The position numbers were made by a program, and so were the translations under genes. A DNA stretch of 64,000 nt from Eubacteriales bacterium (GTDB lineage Bacteria > Bacillota > Clostridia > Oscillospirales > CAG-382), in assembly GCA_045587745.1 (NCBI GenBank), contig JAZNCU010000018.1, positions 3,434 to 67,433 of the forward strand, written 5' to 3'. Positions 61,911 through 64,000 of this stretch are shown here, piece by piece. The notes below the pieces were generated by a model, which did not search any database, was not told the DNA's origin, and saw only the letters and a program-made list of their open reading frames with translations. Numbering within the stretch: the first letter of the stretch is position 1; each line of letters begins with the position of its first letter.

Positions 61911-64000
61911 GTATTTTTGAAAACCGTACCGCCCTTGTTTTTGACGGCGGTATGGGTACGATGCTTCAGGCGGCAGGACTCAGGGCAGGCGATATGCCGG
62001 AAAGCTTTAATTTCACTGCGCCCGAGGTGGTTTTTGACATTCACTCAAGGTACATAAAAAGCGGTGCTGATATTATTTCGACCAACACCTTCGGCGCAAA
62101 CGCAATAAAGCTGTCGGGAACGGGTCTCGGCGTAGCCGAAACCGTCAAAACGGCAGTAGGGATAGCAAAAAAAGCCGTGCTCGAATCGGGCAAAAAATGC
62201 CTCGTTGCCGCCGATTTCGGTCCTACGGGACAGCTTTTTGAGCCAAACGGAGAGCTTAGCTTCGAGAGAGCAGTCGAGGTGTTTTCGGAATGCTGTGCCG
62301 CCGCAGAGAAGGCAGGCGCAGACCTGATATTTTTTGAAACGATGAGCGACCTGTACGAGTGCAAGGCGGCACTTATTGCCGCAAAGGAGAGCAGTCGGCT
62401 TCCTGTTGCGGTTTCGGTAACGCTGGATGAGAGCGGACGAACCCTTACGGGCGCGGATATCGATTGCGTTTGCACTTATCTATCCTCGCTCGGCGCCGAT
62501 GCGATAGGCATCAACTGCGGTCTCGGTCCCGACCGGATGGAGCCGCTTGCGCTCAGGCTTGCTGCCATTTCCCCCCTGCCCGTTATCGTCAACGCCAATG
62601 CGGGGCTCCCCCGTATCGAGGGCGGAAAAACCGTTTTTGACGTTGGTGCGGACAGGTTTTACACCTTTGCATTTTCGCTTGCAAAGGGCGGAGTATCCGC
62701 TATCGGCGGATGCTGCGGAACCACACCCGAGCATATAAGCGAGGTGCGCCGTGCGGCAGACGCGGTGAGCACAGTTATTCCTGAGAAAAAACCGTTTTTC
62801 GCGGTCTGCTCGGGTACGAGGGTACACAAATTCGGTTGCCGCACCGCAGTTATCGGTGAGAGGCTCAACCCAACCGGAAAGCCGAGACTCAAAAAAGCCA
62901 TTATCGACGGTGATATCTCATATATCTGCACCGAGGCATCGGCACAGACCGACAGCGGTGCAGACCTGCTTGACGTCAATATGGGGCTGCCCAATATCGA
63001 CGAAAAGTCGGCTCTCTCAAAAGCGGTCAGGGCGGTGCAATCGGTTACCGACCTTCCTCTCGTGCTCGACTCGGCATCTCCCGACTCGCTCGAGTACGCC
63101 GCAAGAATATACGACGGAATCCCGATTATCAACTCGGTAAACGGAAAGCGCGAGGTGCTTGACTCGGTGCTTCCGATAGTTAAAAAATACGGTGCATTCG
63201 TTATTGCGCTGTTGCTGGACGAAAACGGAATACCCGATACCGCCGAGGACAGGCTCGTAATCGCCGACAGGATTCTTTCCGAGGCAAAAAAATACGGCAT
63301 CGACCCGAGCCGAATACTTTTTGACTCGCTTACGATGACGGTTGCCACCGACGCAAGGAACGGCGATATCACGCTCGAATGCGTAAAAAGCCTTACGGAC
63401 AGAGGGCTTTTGACGGTGCTCGGTGTTTCTAACATCTCCTACGGTCTGCCCGACCGTGAGAACGTAAACGCATCCTTCCTCGGTGCGGCTATAAACAGGG
63501 GGCTTTCGGCCGCGATAATCAACCCCTCATCGGAGTGCGTAAAAACGGTGCTTGCCGACCCGAGCGGAATAACCGAGTTTATGCTCGATCAAAAAATAAT
63601 CGCCTCGTCCGACGGCAGTGCCGAAAAGGGCGAACTTACGCTGAAGGAGGCTGTTGAAAAGGGACTTGGCGGCCCTGCGGCGGAGGGCGCAAGGGCGTTG
63701 CTTGCAAAGGGGCTGACACCGCTTGAAATAATCAACGGTGAGCTCATCCCGGCACTCACCGCACTCGGTGAGCAGTATGAGAAAAAGCAGATATTCCTCC
63801 CCCGTCTGCTCGGCGGTGCGGATGCGGCAAAATCGGCGTTTTCGGTACTTGACGAGGCGATGAAGGATACGGATAGGTCGGGCGGAATGCCTGTTGTGCT
63901 TGCCACGGTCAAGGGGGATATCCACGATATCGGAAAGAATATCGTGTCAACTCTGCTTTCCAATTACGGCTTTGACGTTATCGATCTCGGCAAGGACGTA
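61907..64000 (+). CDS. metH: methionine synthase (cobalamin-dependent, MetH-type), partial: runs off the right window edge
   Basis: Absent from the ORF track because it is open-ended. ATG 61907 (ATGA overlap with metF). LVFDGGMGTML...STNTFGAN (Hcy-binding domain), GERLNPTGK (pterin-binding domain), and KGDIHDIGKN (DxHxxG of the B12-binding domain) near the end. Confidence 0.88.
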   Translation, partial: MSIFENRTALVFDGGMGTMLQAAGLRAGDMPESFNFTAPEVVFDIHSRYIKSGADIISTNTFGANAIKLSGTGLGVAETVKTAVGIAKKAVLESGKKCLVAADFGPTGQLFEPNGELSFERAVEVFSECCAAAEKAGADLIFFETMSDLYECKAALIAAKESSRLPVAVSVTLDESGRTLTGADIDCVCTYLSSLGADAIGINCGLGPDRMEPLALRLAAISPLPVIVNANAGLPRIEGGKTVFDVGADRFYTFAFSLAKGGVSAIGGCCGTTPEHISEVRRAADAVSTVIPEKKPFFAVCSGTRVHKFGCRTAVIGERLNPTGKPRLKKAIIDGDISYICTEASAQTDSGADLLDVNMGLPNIDEKSALSKAVRAVQSVTDLPLVLDSASPDSLEYAARIYDGIPIINSVNGKREVLDSVLPIVKKYGAFVIALLLDENGIPDTAEDRLVIADRILSEAKKYGIDPSRILFDSLTMTVATDARNGDITLECVKSLTDRGLLTVLGVSNISYGLPDRENVNASFLGAAINRGLSAAIINPSSECVKTVLADPSGITEFMLDQKIIASSDGSAEKGELTLKEAVEKGLGGPAAEGARALLAKGLTPLEIINGELIPALTALGEQYEKKQIFLPRLLGGADAAKSAFSVLDEAMKDTDRSGGMPVVLATVKGDIHDIGKNIVSTLLSNYGFDVIDLGKDV

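Overview
This 64-kb window looks like the chromosome of a spore-forming, dockerin-encoding member of the Clostridia. It may be Ruminococcaceae/Oscillospiraceae-like, but that is inference from gene content only; no search was run. Most of the window is ordinary core genome. It includes aspartate kinase, cysK, an OmpR/HK two-component pair, yqfC/yqfD/ylbJ, pepV, divIVA, a Ca-type P-type ATPase, ribF, secG, proS, spoVB plus the full spoIIIAA-AH operon, and yerC-MTase-metF-metH. Two tRNAs are present: Arg-CCU and Leu-GAG. The clear accessory block lies at about 13.1-23.3 kb. It holds a tightly coupled minus-strand sortase-pilus operon: coiled-coil protein, type I signal peptidase, 1281-aa LPSTG tip adhesin, LPETG major pilin, class C sortase, TPPTG minor pilin, and a second divergent sortase-like protein that has Gly where the catalytic His normally sits. 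Next to it is an apparently AT-rich, gene-decayed zone, then a tRNA-Leu whose 3' end is duplicated as an exact 18-bp direct repeat (an integration scar). The pilus/sortase block with its non-LPXTG TPxTG sorting signal is my best candidate for something new. The same signal also occurs on a discoidin-domain protein at 1.3 kb. I found no recognisable defence system, CRISPR array, integrase or transposase. Other points worth a second look:
- a dense ATACAGAC octamer array at 5.5 kb
- a PBP5/DacB-like protein with all three catalytic motifs substituted
- a nucleotidyltransferase fused to a degenerate PGM/PMM-like module
- SecG with a long Ser/Thr plus (SEAE)n tail
- two dockerin proteins
- two discoidin+DUF4855-like paralogues, one of which is translationally coupled to methionine/folate genes.
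All homology calls come from motif recognition by eye. GC content, HMM hits and database matches were not computed.
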